Assembly: GCA_951406725.2 (NCBI GenBank)
Contig: OX597828.1
Location: 930,001 to 994,000 of the forward strand
From: Octopus vulgaris
Taxonomy: Eukaryota
Direction: 5' to 3'
Length of the DNA stretch: 64,000 nt
The notes under the pieces are model-generated. The model made no database searches and was not told where the DNA came from. It worked only from the letters and a program-made list of their open reading frames with translations. The translations under genes and the position numbers were made by a program. This document shows, piece by piece, positions 38,467 to 54,760 of this stretch (within the stretch, counting starts at the first letter, position 1; each line of letters opens with the position of its first letter).

Positions 38467-41400
38467 CCGCCAATGGCTGAAAGATGGGAAGAGATGGGAT
38501 TACGGCTTGAGGTAGCCTAAGGTTAAATTTTGTAGAGAGAGAGATAGGAAAGATAAATCAAGTTATGGCGAAGGCTTGAAAGTAGCCTAAAAGGTTAAAT
38601 TTTCGTAACAATGTATGAATAAACGTAGTAACAACGAATAAAAATAGTAAGATAAATTTTTAAGAACTTGCTGCGGGCATCGATCGGGAGTTGAAATTGA
38701 AGAAGAAAGTAAGTTGAATTGGGAATTTAAATTGCAGAATCGTAATGGTAATGGCGATTTTCAAGTTTTAGCATAAGAAGAAGAAGAGGAGGAAAAAGAC
38801 CGCCAATGGCGGAAAGATGGGAAGAGATGGGATTACGGCTTGAGGTAGCCTAAGGTTAAATTTTGTAGAGAGAGAGATAGGAAAGATAAATCAAGTTATG
38901 GCGAAGGCTTGAAAGTAGCCTAAAAGGTTAAATTTTCGTAACAATGTATGAATAAACGTAGTAACAACGAATAAAAATAGTAAGATAAATTTTTAAGAAC
39001 TTGCTGCGGGCATCGATCGGGAGTTGAAATTGAAGAAGAAAGTAAGTTGAATTGGGAATTTAAATTGCAGAATCGTAATGGTAATGGCGATTTTCAAGTT
39101 TTAGCATAAGAAGAAGAAGAGGAGGAAAAAGACCGCCAATGGCGGAAAGATGGGAAGAGATGGGATTACGGCTTGAGGTAGCCTAAGGTTAAATTTTGTA
39201 GAGAGAGAGATAGGAAAGATAAATCAAGTTATGGCGAAGGCTTGAAAGTAGCCTAAAAGGTTAAATTTTCGTAACAATGTATGAATAAACGTAGTAACAA
39301 CGAATAAAAATAGTAAGATAAATTTTTAAGAACTTGCTGCGGGCATCGATCGGGAGTTGAAATTGAAGAAGAAAGTAAGTTGAATTGGGAATTTAAATTG
39401 CAGAATCGTAATGGTAATGGCGATTTTCAAGTTTTAGCATAAGAAGAAGAAGAGGAGGAAAAAGACCGCCAATGGCGGAAAGATGGGAAGAGATGGGATT
39501 ACGGCTTGAGGTAGCCTAAGGTTAAATTTTGTAGAGAGAGAGATAGGAAAGATAAATCAAGTTATGGCGAAGGCTTGAAAGTAGCCTAAAAGGTTAAATT
39601 TTCGTAACAATGTATGAATAAACGTAGTAACAACGAATAAAAATAGTAAGATAAATTTTTAAGAACTTGCTGCGGGCATCGATCGGGAGTTGAAATTGAA
39701 GAAGAAAGTTTGAATTGGGAATTTAAATTGCAGAATCGTAATGGTAATGGCGATTTTCAAGTTTTAGCATAAGAAGAAGAAGAGGAGGAAAAAGACCGCC
39801 AATGGCGGAAAGATGGGAAGAGATGAGGTTATCCTAAGGTTAAATTTTGTAGAGAGAGAGATAGGAAAGATAAATCAAGTTATGGCGAAGGCTTGAAAGT
39901 AGCCTAAAAGGTTAAATTTTCGTAACAATGTATGAATAAACGTAGTAACAACGAATAAAAATAGTAAGATAAATTTTTAAGAACTTGCTGCGGGCATCGA
40001 TCGGGAGTTGAAATTGAAGAAGAAAGTAAGTTGAATTGGGAATTTAAATTGCAGAATCGTAATGGTAATGGCGATTTTCAAGTTTTAGCATAAGAAGAAG
40101 AAGAGGAGGAAAAAGACCGCCAATGGCGGAAAGATGGGAAGTGAGGTAGCCTAAGGTTAAATTTTGTAGAGAGAGAGATAGGAAAGATAAATCAAGTTAT
40201 GGCGAAGGCTTGAAAGTAGCCTAAAAGGTTAAATTTTCGTAACAATGTATGAATAAACGTAGTAACAACGAATAAAAATAGTAAGATAAATTTTTAAGAA
40301 CTTGCTGCGGGCATCGATCGGGAGTTGAAATTGAAGAAGAAAGTAAGTTGAATTGGGAATTTAAATTGCAGAATCGTAATGGTAATGGCGATTTTCAAGT
40401 TTTAGCATAAGAAGAAGAAGAGGAGGAAAAAGACCGCCAATGGCGGATGGGAAGAGATGGGAAGTGAGGTAGCCTAAGGTTAAATTTTGTAGAGAGAGAG
40501 ATAGGAAAGATAAATCAAGTTATGGCGAAGGCTTGAAAGTAGCCTAAAAGGTTAAATTTTCGTAACAATGTATGAATAAACGTAGTAACAACGAATAAAA
40601 ATAGTAAGATAAATTTTTAAGAACTTGCTGCGGGCATCGATCGGGAGTTGAAATTGAAGAAGAAAGTAAGTTGAATTGGGAATTTAAATTGCAGAATCGT
40701 AATGGTAATGGCGATTTTCAAGTTTTAGCATAAGAAGAAGAAGAGGAGGAAAAAGACCGCCAATGGCGGAAAGAGATGGGAAGTGAGGTAGCCTAAGGTT
40801 AAATTTTGTAGAGAGAGAGATAGGAAAGATAAATCAAGTTATGGCGAAGGCTTGAAAGTAGCCTAAAAGGTTAAATTTTCGTAACAATGTATGAATAAAC
40901 GTAGTAACAACGAATAAAAATAGTAAGATAAATTTTTAAGAACTTGCTGCGGGCATCGATCGGGAGTTGAAATTGAAGAAGAAAGTAAGTTGAATTGGGA
41001 ATTTAAATTGCAGAATCGTAATGGTAATGGCGATTTTCAAGTTTTAGCATAAGAAGAAGAAGAGGAGGAAAAAGACCGCCAATGGCGGAAAGATGGGAAG
41101 TGAGGTAGCCTAAGGTTAAATTTTGTAGAGAGAGAGATAGGAAAGATAAATCAAGTTATGGCGAAGGCTTGAAAGTAGCCTAAAAGGTTAAATTTTCGTA
41201 ACAATGTATGAATAAACGTAGTAACAACGAATAAAAATAGTAAGATAAATTTTTAAGAACTTGCTGCGGGCATCGATCGGGAGTTGAAATTGAAGAAGAA
41301 AGTAAGTTGAATTGGGAATTTAAATTGCAGAATCGTAATGGTAATGGCGATTTTCAAGTTTTAGCATAAGAAGAAGAAGAGGAGGAAAAAGACCGCCAAT

Positions 41401-42259
41401 GGCGGAAAGATGGGAAGTGAGGTAGCCTAAGGTTAAATTTTGTAGAGAGAGAGATAGGAAAGATAAATCAAGTTATGGCGAAGGCTTGAAAGTAGCCTAA
41501 AAGGTTAAACTTTCGTAACAATGTATGAATAAACGTAGTAACAACGAATAAAAATAGTAAGATAAATTTTTAAGAACTTCCTGCGGGAATCGATCGGGAG
41601 ATGAAATTGAAGAAGAAAGTAAGTTGAATTGGGAATTTAAATTGCAGAATCGTAATGGTAATGGCGATTTTCAAGTTTTAGCATAAGAAGAAGAAGAGGA
41701 GGAAAAAGACCGCCAATGGCGGAAAGATGGGAAGTGAGGTAGCCTAAGGTTAAATTTTGTAGAGAGAGAGATAGGAAAGATAAATCAAGTTATGGCGAAG
41801 GCTTGAAAGTAGCCTAAAAGGTTAAATTTTCGTAACAATGTATGAATAAACGTAGTAACAACGAATAAAAATAGTAAGATAAATTTTTAAGAACTTGCTG
41901 CGGGCATCGATCGGGAGTTGAAATTGAAGAAGAAAGTAAGTTGAATTGGGAATTTAAATTGCAGAATCGTAATGGTAATGGCGATTTTCAAGTTTTAGCA
42001 TAAGAAGAAGAAGAGGAGGAAAAAGACCGCCAATGGCGGAAAGATGGGAAGTGAGGTAGCCTAAGGTTAAATTTTGTAGAGAGAGAGATAGGAAAGATAA
42101 ATCAAGTTATGGCGAAGGCTTGAAAGTAGCCTAAAAGGTTAAATTTTCGTAACAATGTATGAATAAACGTAGTAACAACGAATAAAAATAGTAAGATAAA
42201 TTTTTAAGAACTTGCTGCGGGCATCGATCGGGAGTTGAAATTGAAGAAGAAAGTAAGTT
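38467..42259. repeat. Tandem array of 317-333 bp monomers, 11 full copies and one partial
   Basis: ccgccaatggc recurs at about 38467, 38800, 39133, 39466, 39796, 40117, 40434, 40757, 41076, 41393, 41710 and 42027; units are nearly identical with a purine-rich + strand. Confidence 0.97.
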
Positions 42260-42281
42260 ATATATATATATATATATATGT

Positions 42282-42325
<44 letters not shown>

Positions 42326-42327
42326 GT

Positions 42328-42875
42328 ATCATCATCATCATCATCGTTTAACGTCTACTTTCCATGCTAGCATGGGTTGGACAATTCACGGAGGGCTGGC
42401 GAACCAGATGGCTGCACCAAGCTCCAGTCTTGATCTGGCAGAGTTTCTACAGCTTGATGCCCTTCCTAACGCCAACCACTCCGAGAGTGTAGTGGGTGCT
42501 TTTACGTGCCACCGGCACGGGGTCAGTCAGGCGATACTGGCAACGACCTCGCTCGAATCTTTTACACATGCCACCAGCACAGGTGCCAGTAAGGCGATAC
42601 TGGTAACGATCACACTCGAATGGTGTCTTTTACATGCCACCGGCACGGAGGCCAGATAGCCACTCTGGCAACGATGACACTCGGATGGTGCTCTTAATAC
42701 CCTACTAGCATGGGGTTCGAATGCCAGTAAGGTGATGCTGGTAACGATCACGCTTGAATGGTGACTTTTAAGTGCTACTGGCGGTTAGCCACTCTGTCAA
42801 TGATCACACTCGTTTGGTGCTCCTTGCACCCCGCTAGCACGGACACCAGTCATCGAATTTGATTTTGATTTTGAT
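42328..42875 (-). mobile_element. RTE 3' UTR and tail fragment
   Basis: Reverse complement of sequence like 17890-18440. Confidence 0.88.
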
Positions 42876-42998
42876 ATATATACTAACACAAACACAGGAC
42901 ACATCAGCTATTTAAGAACAAAACTCTTAAGAACCATAAGTATATATAATATATATATATATATAATATATATATAATATACATAATATATATATAAA

Positions 42999-43038
<40 letters not shown>

Positions 43039-43050
43039 AATATATATATA

Positions 43051-43094
<44 letters not shown>

Positions 43095-43127
43095 TATAAT
43101 ATACATAAATATATATATATAATATAT

Positions 43128-43236
<109 letters not shown>

Positions 43237-43452
43237 CATATATATATACATATATAATATATATATATATATAATATATATATAATATACATATATATAT
43301 AATATATACATATATATATATAATATATATAATAAACATATATATAATAGATATAATATACATATATATATATAATATATACATATATATATAATATATA
43401 TAATATACATATATATATATATAATATATATATATATATAATATACATATAA

Positions 43453-43486
<34 letters not shown>

Positions 43487-43862
43487 GGTTATAAAATGAG
43501 ATAGGGGTTGAAAATTCAACCCACCATGGGATAATATATATCCAATATACTGCTAGATAGGTACCCAACAAAATTAATACATAGATGTTAAAAATTGTCA
43601 AGCAATCAGTTCATCTATTGTATTAAATGGGTAAAGGTAATAATATTACCGTAAATTAATACTACAAAATTAGAGAATGGAGAAACATACTTAAATCAGT
43701 AAAACATCAACTATCCGATGATACTCAATCCATACTTTAATACACCATTACATATGAGTAAAGGCAATATATAAAATGAAATGAGATATACAGTAATAGT
43801 AAAAGTAAAAAGATAAAGAGATATAAGTAAAAAATTTCAAATATAATATGCAAATAAATCAA

Positions 43863-43975
43863 AACTGACAGCTGTTTCGGCAGTGAGGACAGTCATACCT
43901 CATTTAACCTATAAGCCATAAAGGCAGGTATAAATGAGGCATTAACAAGGATGCCCCACGGCCTCTTCAGAGAAT
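43863..43975 (-). ncRNA. Type I hammerhead ribozyme, sense to the GIY-YIG ORF
   Basis: CTGAAGA at 43970-43964, 85-nt stem II, GAAACAGCTGTC ending at 43867. Confidence 0.8.
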
Positions 43976-44329
43976 TAAATTAAATTTGTTATAATAGTGA
44001 AAAATATTATATAATCATATACATATAAATATAAAAATATAAAAATGTAAAATATAAAAACTTATACATCATAATGCTACACTTATATAATATAATACAC
44101 ATTTGTACAAAAAGGAAGGTAAACAGAACAAAATAAAACAAAATATATAACAGTGTATATATTAATATTAATAAGTACCGATATTATACATATTTGGCTA
44201 ATAGTTTTTTTTATAAAAAAAAAAAAAAAAAAAAAAAAAGGGCTAACACATATGGAGATGAAAAATAATAATTAAATCCGTGGTACAGTTCATAAAATTC
44301 TAAAGCTATAAAAGTTAATAAAAATTACT

Positions 44330-44381
<52 letters not shown>

Positions 44382-44643
44382 TAATAAAAATAGATACAGT
44401 TAAGTTAGCACCAAGTCCATCCTTTCAAGATCGAAATAACTATGAGTTAAGAAATGCTGACCACTAGGTAAAGAAAATTTAGATTAATTCGATTGGCTAT
44501 TGGTTTGAAATTTAAATCACAAAAGAAAATTATACGGTTGGTTAGTCAAGGAACGCCAATATTCACACACGCATCTACAGATCAATCGCACATACACACA
44601 TAGTTATATGTATATACATACATACACATATATACATATATAC

Positions 44644-44674
<31 letters not shown>

Positions 44675-46155
44675 CATACACATACATACACATACATACA
44701 CATACACATACAACAACTAGCACTTAGATAAACAAAAAGGGAAGCAACTATGCTAACATTTAGTCCTTCAAAATTATAACTGAGTCTCAATAACAAAAAG
44801 AACCATCCATGCATTCTATAAAATATTTAATTTAGATATAAATATATTTTTAAATATCAGTATGTTACTAATTCAGATAATTATTTCATGGGTAACTTAA
44901 AATTTAAAACACCGGTTTGTTGCAGAGTAAACATACGGTTGTTAGGTTTATCGTAAGTTTGTTATGATTTTAAGTATGCTAAATTATAAAATATAAAATA
45001 TAAAATATATATTAATTTAAATATTATAAATAAGTCACTTATTAACTTAATAAATATAGTGCCATAATATACCAGTTTAGGCATTAAAGAATAGAAGGGG
45101 AAGTATTAATGTAAACGCTTATGAGAACATCACAGAAATTTTAAATAAATTTTATATTATAAAGACTTAAGATGAAAAGAGATAAAATAAATAAAAAGGA
45201 ATAAATACGAAGGAATAAATACGGTTATACACATAATTATAAGTACAAACTAGTATATATGTATTCATATATTATTAAAATTAAATAAAAATAAATGATA
45301 GATATGTATGTATAAAACTACACCACTATAAGTAAATAAGTAAAAAATAAATAGGTAACAAATTAGATGACTTGATATGTATGTAAACATCTACACTTAA
45401 ATAGGCAAATAAATAAATAAATAGAAGACTAGATGCAAAGATTGATAATATTACAATAAAATGGGAAATAAATAAAAATAAATAAAGTGAATATATATAT
45501 TTTATATTGTTGAAAGTAAATATGTATGGAAGGATAGTTTAAAGTACAGATCCAGAGGACTATAGATATAAACTAAATATATGAGGCTGGTAATAATTAT
45601 AAAGCAAAATGCATGTAAATGAGAAAATGAAAAAAATGAAAAAGGTTTATCAGTGAATAGCATAAGATACAAATTAAGGTGAGTACAAAAAGGCCAAATA
45701 TATAATAAAAACCTTCCAAATAAACACATACAAAAAACCTATAATCTCAACCTAAACCCACCAAACTCACAAAAGGCTCTCATATATTACATATTATACA
45801 ATATCATTACATTATCTAGAGCTAGGTATCTAACCAAGATATACATATATACTATGCAATATACTATGCAATATTGGAAAACTTCAAAAATCACACATTA
45901 CAAGGCAAATACCAAAATGAATATGTTATTTTATGTCATATTGCATTTCTCTTAAAAAAACAAACAAAAACCCACATACAAAAACCAAGAAACCAATAAT
46001 ACTAGACACATCCATTAATTATTATACAAATGTAGCTATAAAAATTATAAAATTATGAAATTTATAAATTGTATACTTTAGAATTATAGAAGACCACAGG
46101 TATATTTAGTTAAAGAAGGGAATTAAAAAATTAATAATAGTGGAAGTGCTAAGTT

Positions 46156-46500
46156 CTATTTGAATCTAGAAAAGGTGAACGGTAGCCTATGGATACAAAA
46201 GAAGTTTTTCTCATTAATGTTGTTAATAATTTGCCGACCCGCTTTAATAATGAAGAAAATTTCATTAATACATAGAGAGCATTTTTTATTTTTTCCATTA
46301 TACACAGGTGCTGAAGTTAGTATTTTCCAGTTTAATCTAAAATCTAAGTTCTTACTTTTAAGTTCCCAAATGTATGCACTTAGCCCTGTAGAGTACATTC
46401 TATTTTTATTCCTAAAAGTATATCTGTGATAATTCCATCTTTGTTTTATGCTATTCATAGTTGCCCCGATATACACCCTACTACTCAATTGTGTATCTAC
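46156..46500 (-). pseudogene. GIY-YIG endonuclease C-terminal portion of the Penelope-like element
   Basis: VDTQLSSRVYIGATMNSIKQRWNYHRYTF...TGLSAYIWELK...WKIL...KCSLCINE...INNINE...CIH shows YIG, the catalytic Arg, the Glu and Asn positions and a Cys/His cluster. The GIY strand is lost at the 46500/46501 inversion junction. Confidence 0.85.
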
Positions 46501-47213
46501 AATATAAAATTTATTTAAAATTTCTGTGATGTTCTCATAAGCGTTTACATTAATACTTCCCCTTCTATTCTTTAATGCCTAAACTGGTATATTATGGCAC
46601 TATATTTATTAAGTTAATAAGTGACTTATTTATAATATTTAAATTAATATATATTTTATATTTTATATTTTATAATTTAGCATACTTAAAATCATAACAA
46701 ACTTACGATAAACCTAACAACCGTATGTTTACTCTGCAACAAACCGGTGTTTTAAATTTTAAGTTACCCATGAAATAATTATCTGAATTAGTAACATACT
46801 GATATTTAAAAATATATTTATATCTAAATTAAATATTTTATAGAATGCATGGATGGTTCTTTTTGTTATTGAGACTCAGTTATAATTTTGAAGGACTAAA
46901 TGTTAGCATAGTTGCTTCCCTTTTTGTTTATCTAAGTGCTAGTTGTTGCTTGTGATTATGTATGTGTATAAGTGTATGTATATACATATAACTATGTGTG
47001 TATGTGCGATTGATCTGTAGATGTGTGTGTGAATATTGGCGTTCCCTGACTAACCAACCGTATAATTTTCTTTTGTGATTTAAATTTCAAACCAATAGCC
47101 AATCGAATTAATCTAAATTTTCTTTACCTAGTGGTCAGCATTTCTTAACTCATAGTTATTTCGATCTTGAAAGGATGGACTTGGTGCTAACTTAACTGTA
47201 TCTATTTTTATTA

Positions 47214-47283
<70 letters not shown>

Positions 47284-47633
47284 AGTAATTTTTATTAACT
47301 TTTATAGCTTTAGAATTTTATGAACTGTACCACGGATTTAATTATTATTTTTCATCTCCATATGTGTTAGCCCTTTTTTTTTTTTTTTTTTTTTATAAAA
47401 AAAACTATTAGCCAAATATGTATAATATCGGTACTTATTAATATTAATATATACACTGTTATATATTTTGTTTTATTTTGTTCTGTTTACCTTCCTTTTT
47501 GTACAAATGTGTATTATATTATATAAGTGTAGCATTATGATGTATAAGTTTTTATATTTTACATTTTTATATTTTTATATTTATATGTATATGATTATAT
47601 AATATTTTTCACTATTATAACAAATTTAATTTA

Positions 47634-47746
47634 ATTCTCTGAAGAGGCCGTGGGGCATCCTTGTTAATGCCTCATTTATACCTGCCTTTATGGCTTATAG
47701 GTTAAATGAGGTATGACTGTCCTCACTGCCGAAACAGCTGTCAGTT
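47634..47746 (+). ncRNA. Type I hammerhead ribozyme, inverted copy
   Basis: ct-CTGAAGA(47639-47645)-ggc...gcc-GAAA(47731-47734)-CAGCT-GTC-ag; palindromic stem III ACAGCTGT; predicted cleavage after 47742. Confidence 0.8.
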
Positions 47747-48208
47747 TTGATTTATTTGCATATTATATTTGAAATTTTTTACTTATATCTCTTTATCTTT
47801 TTACTTTTACTATTACTGTATATCTCATTTCATTTTATATATTGCCTTTACTCATATGTAATGGTGTATTAAAGTATGGATTGAGTATCATCGGATAGTT
47901 GATGTTATACTGATTTAAGTATGTTTCTCCATTCTCTAATTTTGTAGTATATAATATATATATAATATACACAATATATATATATATAATATATATATAA
48001 TATACATATATATATCATATAATATATATATATATAATATATATATAATATACATAATATATATATATAATATATATATAATATACATATATATATAATA
48101 TAATATATATATATAATATATATATAATATACATAATATATATATATAATATATATATAAAATACATATATATATAATATATATATATAATATATATATA
48201 ATATACAT

Positions 48209-48240
<32 letters not shown>

Positions 48241-48241
<1 letters not shown>

Positions 48242-48438
48242 GCAGGTGGCACGTAAAAAGCACCCACTACACTCACGGAGTGGTTGGCGTTAGGAAGGGC
48301 ATCCAGCTGTAGAAACATTGCCAGATTAGACTGGAGCCTGGTGCAGCCTTCTGGCTTCCCAGAACCCTGGTCGAACCGTCCAACCCATGCTAGCATGGAG
48401 AACGGACGTTAAACGATGATGATGATGATGATGATGAT
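48241..48438 (+). mobile_element. RTE 3' tail fragment
   Basis: Nearly identical to 9341-9535. Confidence 0.88.
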
Positions 48439-48454
48439 ATATAATATATATATC

Positions 48455-48865
48455 TCTCTTTTTCGCTTTTATCTTTTACTTGTTTCAGTCATTTGACTGC
48501 GGCCATGCTGGAGCACCGCCTTTAATCAAGCAACTCGACCCCGGGACTTATTCTTTGTAAGCCCAGTACTTATTCTATCGGTCTCTTTTTGCCGAACCGC
48601 TAAGTGACGGGGACGTAAACACACCAGCATCGGTTGTCAAGCAATGCTAGGGGAACAAACACAGACACACAAACAAACACATATATATATATATACATAT
48701 ATACGACAGGCTTCTTTCAGTTTCCGTCTACCAAATCCACTCACAAGGCATTGGTCGGCCCGGGGCTATAGCAGAAGACACTTGCCCAAGATGCCACGCA
48801 GTGGGAACTGAACCCGGAACCATGTGGTTGGTTAGCAAGCTTCTTACCACACAGCCACTCCTGCG

Positions 48866-48868
<3 letters not shown>
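48455..48868 (-). mobile_element. tRNA-derived SINE family 1, full length
   Basis: Reverse complement of the 23269-23697 family. Confidence 0.9.
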
Positions 48869-51451
<2,583 letters not shown>

Positions 51452-51518
51452 TTTCCTCTATTTACATAATATTGAGGTCTCTTTCTTTCTTTTGTTATCT
51501 TACTGTATTTACCAATAT

Positions 51519-51575
<57 letters not shown>

Positions 51576-51635
51576 CAGAGATGTACTTGCATAGCAAGTG
51601 ACTTGATCTGAGATCGTGTGCTGGAACGAAAACAG

Positions 51636-51892
51636 TTGCACCGTTGAAGGTGTTTATAAGCCATTTAAGAAACACACAAAAACCATTAGATTCACTTCAA
51701 CATTTAAATTTAATTTGTCAAAATATTTTCGTCGCTTTGAGACCTCGACCTGTTAGCACGATATTTTTGTCAGTGAACAGGTCGCGGTCTCAAAGCGACG
51801 AAAATATTTTGGCAAATTAAATTTAAATGTTGAAGTGAATCTAACGGTTTTTGTGTTTCTTAAATGGCTTACAAACACCTTCCACGCTGCAA
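51636..51892. repeat. Foldback with arms of about 118 bp and a loop of about 21 nt
   Basis: ttgca..ccgttgaaggtgttt...cgacctgtt mirrored by aacaggtcg...aaacaccttccacgctgcaa. Confidence 0.9.
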
Positions 51893-52239
51893 TATATATA
51901 TATATGTATGTATGTATGTGTGTATATGTGTATGCATGTATATGTGTGTGTGTGTGCGTGTCTGTGCTTGTGATTGTCCTCCACCACTGCTTGACAACGA
52001 ATGTTGGTTTGTTTACATCCCTGTCACCTAGTGGTTTGACAAAGGAAACAGATAGAATAAGTACAATGCTTACAAAAATAAAACTGGAGTTGATTCATTA
52101 AACTACAATTCTTCAAGGCATTGCCCCAGCATGGCCACAGACCAATGGCTGGAAAAAGCAGAAGAATAAAAGAATACATTCTCTGCTTTGGCCTTATGTT
52201 CAAGGCATGAGAAAGCTTGAGTTTACAAGAGAAGGCCTA

Positions 52240-52505
52240 ACAGACCTGGTAGAAACAGCAGCCAAATCTCCCTCAAATCACACCTTACTGTCTTATGTAT
52301 GTATATATATGAGCCAATGAGGGGGACTTCTACATGGTAGCTAGATCTGGTAGAAATAGCAGCCAAATTTCCCCCAAATCACACCTTGCTGTCTTATCTA
52401 TATATATATGTATGTATGAGCCTATGAGGGAGACCCCTACATGGCAGCTAGACATGGTAGAAATAGCAGCCAAATCTCCCTCAAATCACACCTTACTGTC
52501 TTATG
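52240..52505 (+). repeat. Three tandem units of about 100 bp (SINE-tail-like)
   Basis: tggtagaaatagcagccaaatctccctcaaatcacaccttactgtctta repeated; also at 55410-55677. Confidence 0.8.
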
Positions 52506-52554
52506 TATGTATATATATATATATATATACAAGCCACTACGGTTATTTAATGTA

Positions 52555-53007
52555 AAGTCTTCCTCAAATCACTCTCGCTATTTACTCTCTTCCAAGAACA
52601 TTTTCACTCACTCTTATCTCTTAGCTTCCCATACATTTTACTCATGTATCTATCAGCGTCATAGACAGAAACAAATATTACATCGCTATCGCCATCGCCA
52701 TCGCATTCTAATTTCTACCTGTCAACACACAGTGAATTAGTTTCACTTTATTCGTTGCACACTGTGTGTGTGCGTTTGCGTGTGCTGTAAACCAGACTAA
52801 GAAAAGCATTTGACATACACACCAGAATGTGAGTTTTCTGTAAATTTTGCTTAATTCGAGTTTAAATTTTAAAAACTGGACCTGGCATGACCCGATGCAT
52901 TCTACTCTTAAAAATGCTAGGTAAATTGTAATTGAAGAAATCCTATTTTGTAGATTTCTATAACTGACAAAGGGAGGCAGATAAAATCTGCCTTTTATAA
53001 TAAGAGA
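52555..53007 (-). mobile_element. Helitron-like family B, 5' portion
   Basis: Minus strand begins TC(TC)TTATTATAAAAGGCAGATTTTATCTGCCT; homologous copies at about 55895-56200, 57100-57876, 59683-60059 and 62600-63052. Confidence 0.6.
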
Positions 53008-53192
53008 TATAATATATATAATATATATATAATATATAATAAGAGATATAATATATATAATATATATATAATATATAATATATATATATATATAATATAT
53101 AATATATAAATATATATATAATATATAATATATATATATATATATAAATATATATAATATATAATATATATATAATATATAATATATATATA

Positions 53193-53247
<55 letters not shown>

Positions 53248-53405
53248 AATATATATATAATATATAATATATATATAATATATAATATATATATATATAT
53301 ATATAATATATATATAATATATAAATATATATATAATATATAATATATATATAATATATAATATATATATAATATATATATAATATATACATATATAATA
53401 TATAC

Positions 53406-53616
<211 letters not shown>

Positions 53617-53620
53617 TATA

Positions 53621-54270
<650 letters not shown>

Positions 54271-54272
54271 TA

Positions 54273-54729
54273 CTAGCAGTATCGCCCGGCGTTGCTCGGG
54301 TTTGTAAGGGAAATAATTATATAAGCATTTTTAGAGATGTAAAGTATAATAGCCATCTCAATATGGCTAACCACAAAGGGGAGGGGTGTTACTGTAGCTT
54401 TTTACGTTCTGAGATTTAATAATAAATTTTAGAGAGTTACTTCCCTTATATATATCAAAAATGGATTAAAAATGGGAAAAATTGATGGTAAATTTTTTTT
54501 TAAATCGTAGACTCATCGTAGACGCGCGCTAATACCCAGACGGTCTCGATATGAATCACGACTATAAGATACCTGGTTTTGGTTAAACTGCACCGCAAAA
54601 TGTGGGAGTAGTTAGGAATCTAAATCGTAGGAGACAGACACACAACCTCACTTTTATATATAAAGATTTCCTCTATTTACATAATATTGAGGTCTCTTTC
54701 TTTCTTTTGTTATCTTACTGTTTTTACTA

Positions 54730-54760
<31 letters not shown>

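Larger units (their letters stand above)
43487..47950 (-). mobile_element. Penelope-like retroelement, 5'-truncated, with an inverted copy of its 3' region
   Basis: Inverted arms 43659-45158 and 46501-47950 flank a 1.34-kb spacer holding a truncated GIY-YIG ORF; each arm has a hammerhead motif; both ends abut (TA)n. Confidence 0.85.

Noticed and set aside
38467-42259. Array as a CRISPR locus or hammerhead-bearing satellite
   Set aside because: Units are whole near-identical monomers with no unique spacers, the context is eukaryotic, and I found no CUGANGA core on either strand.
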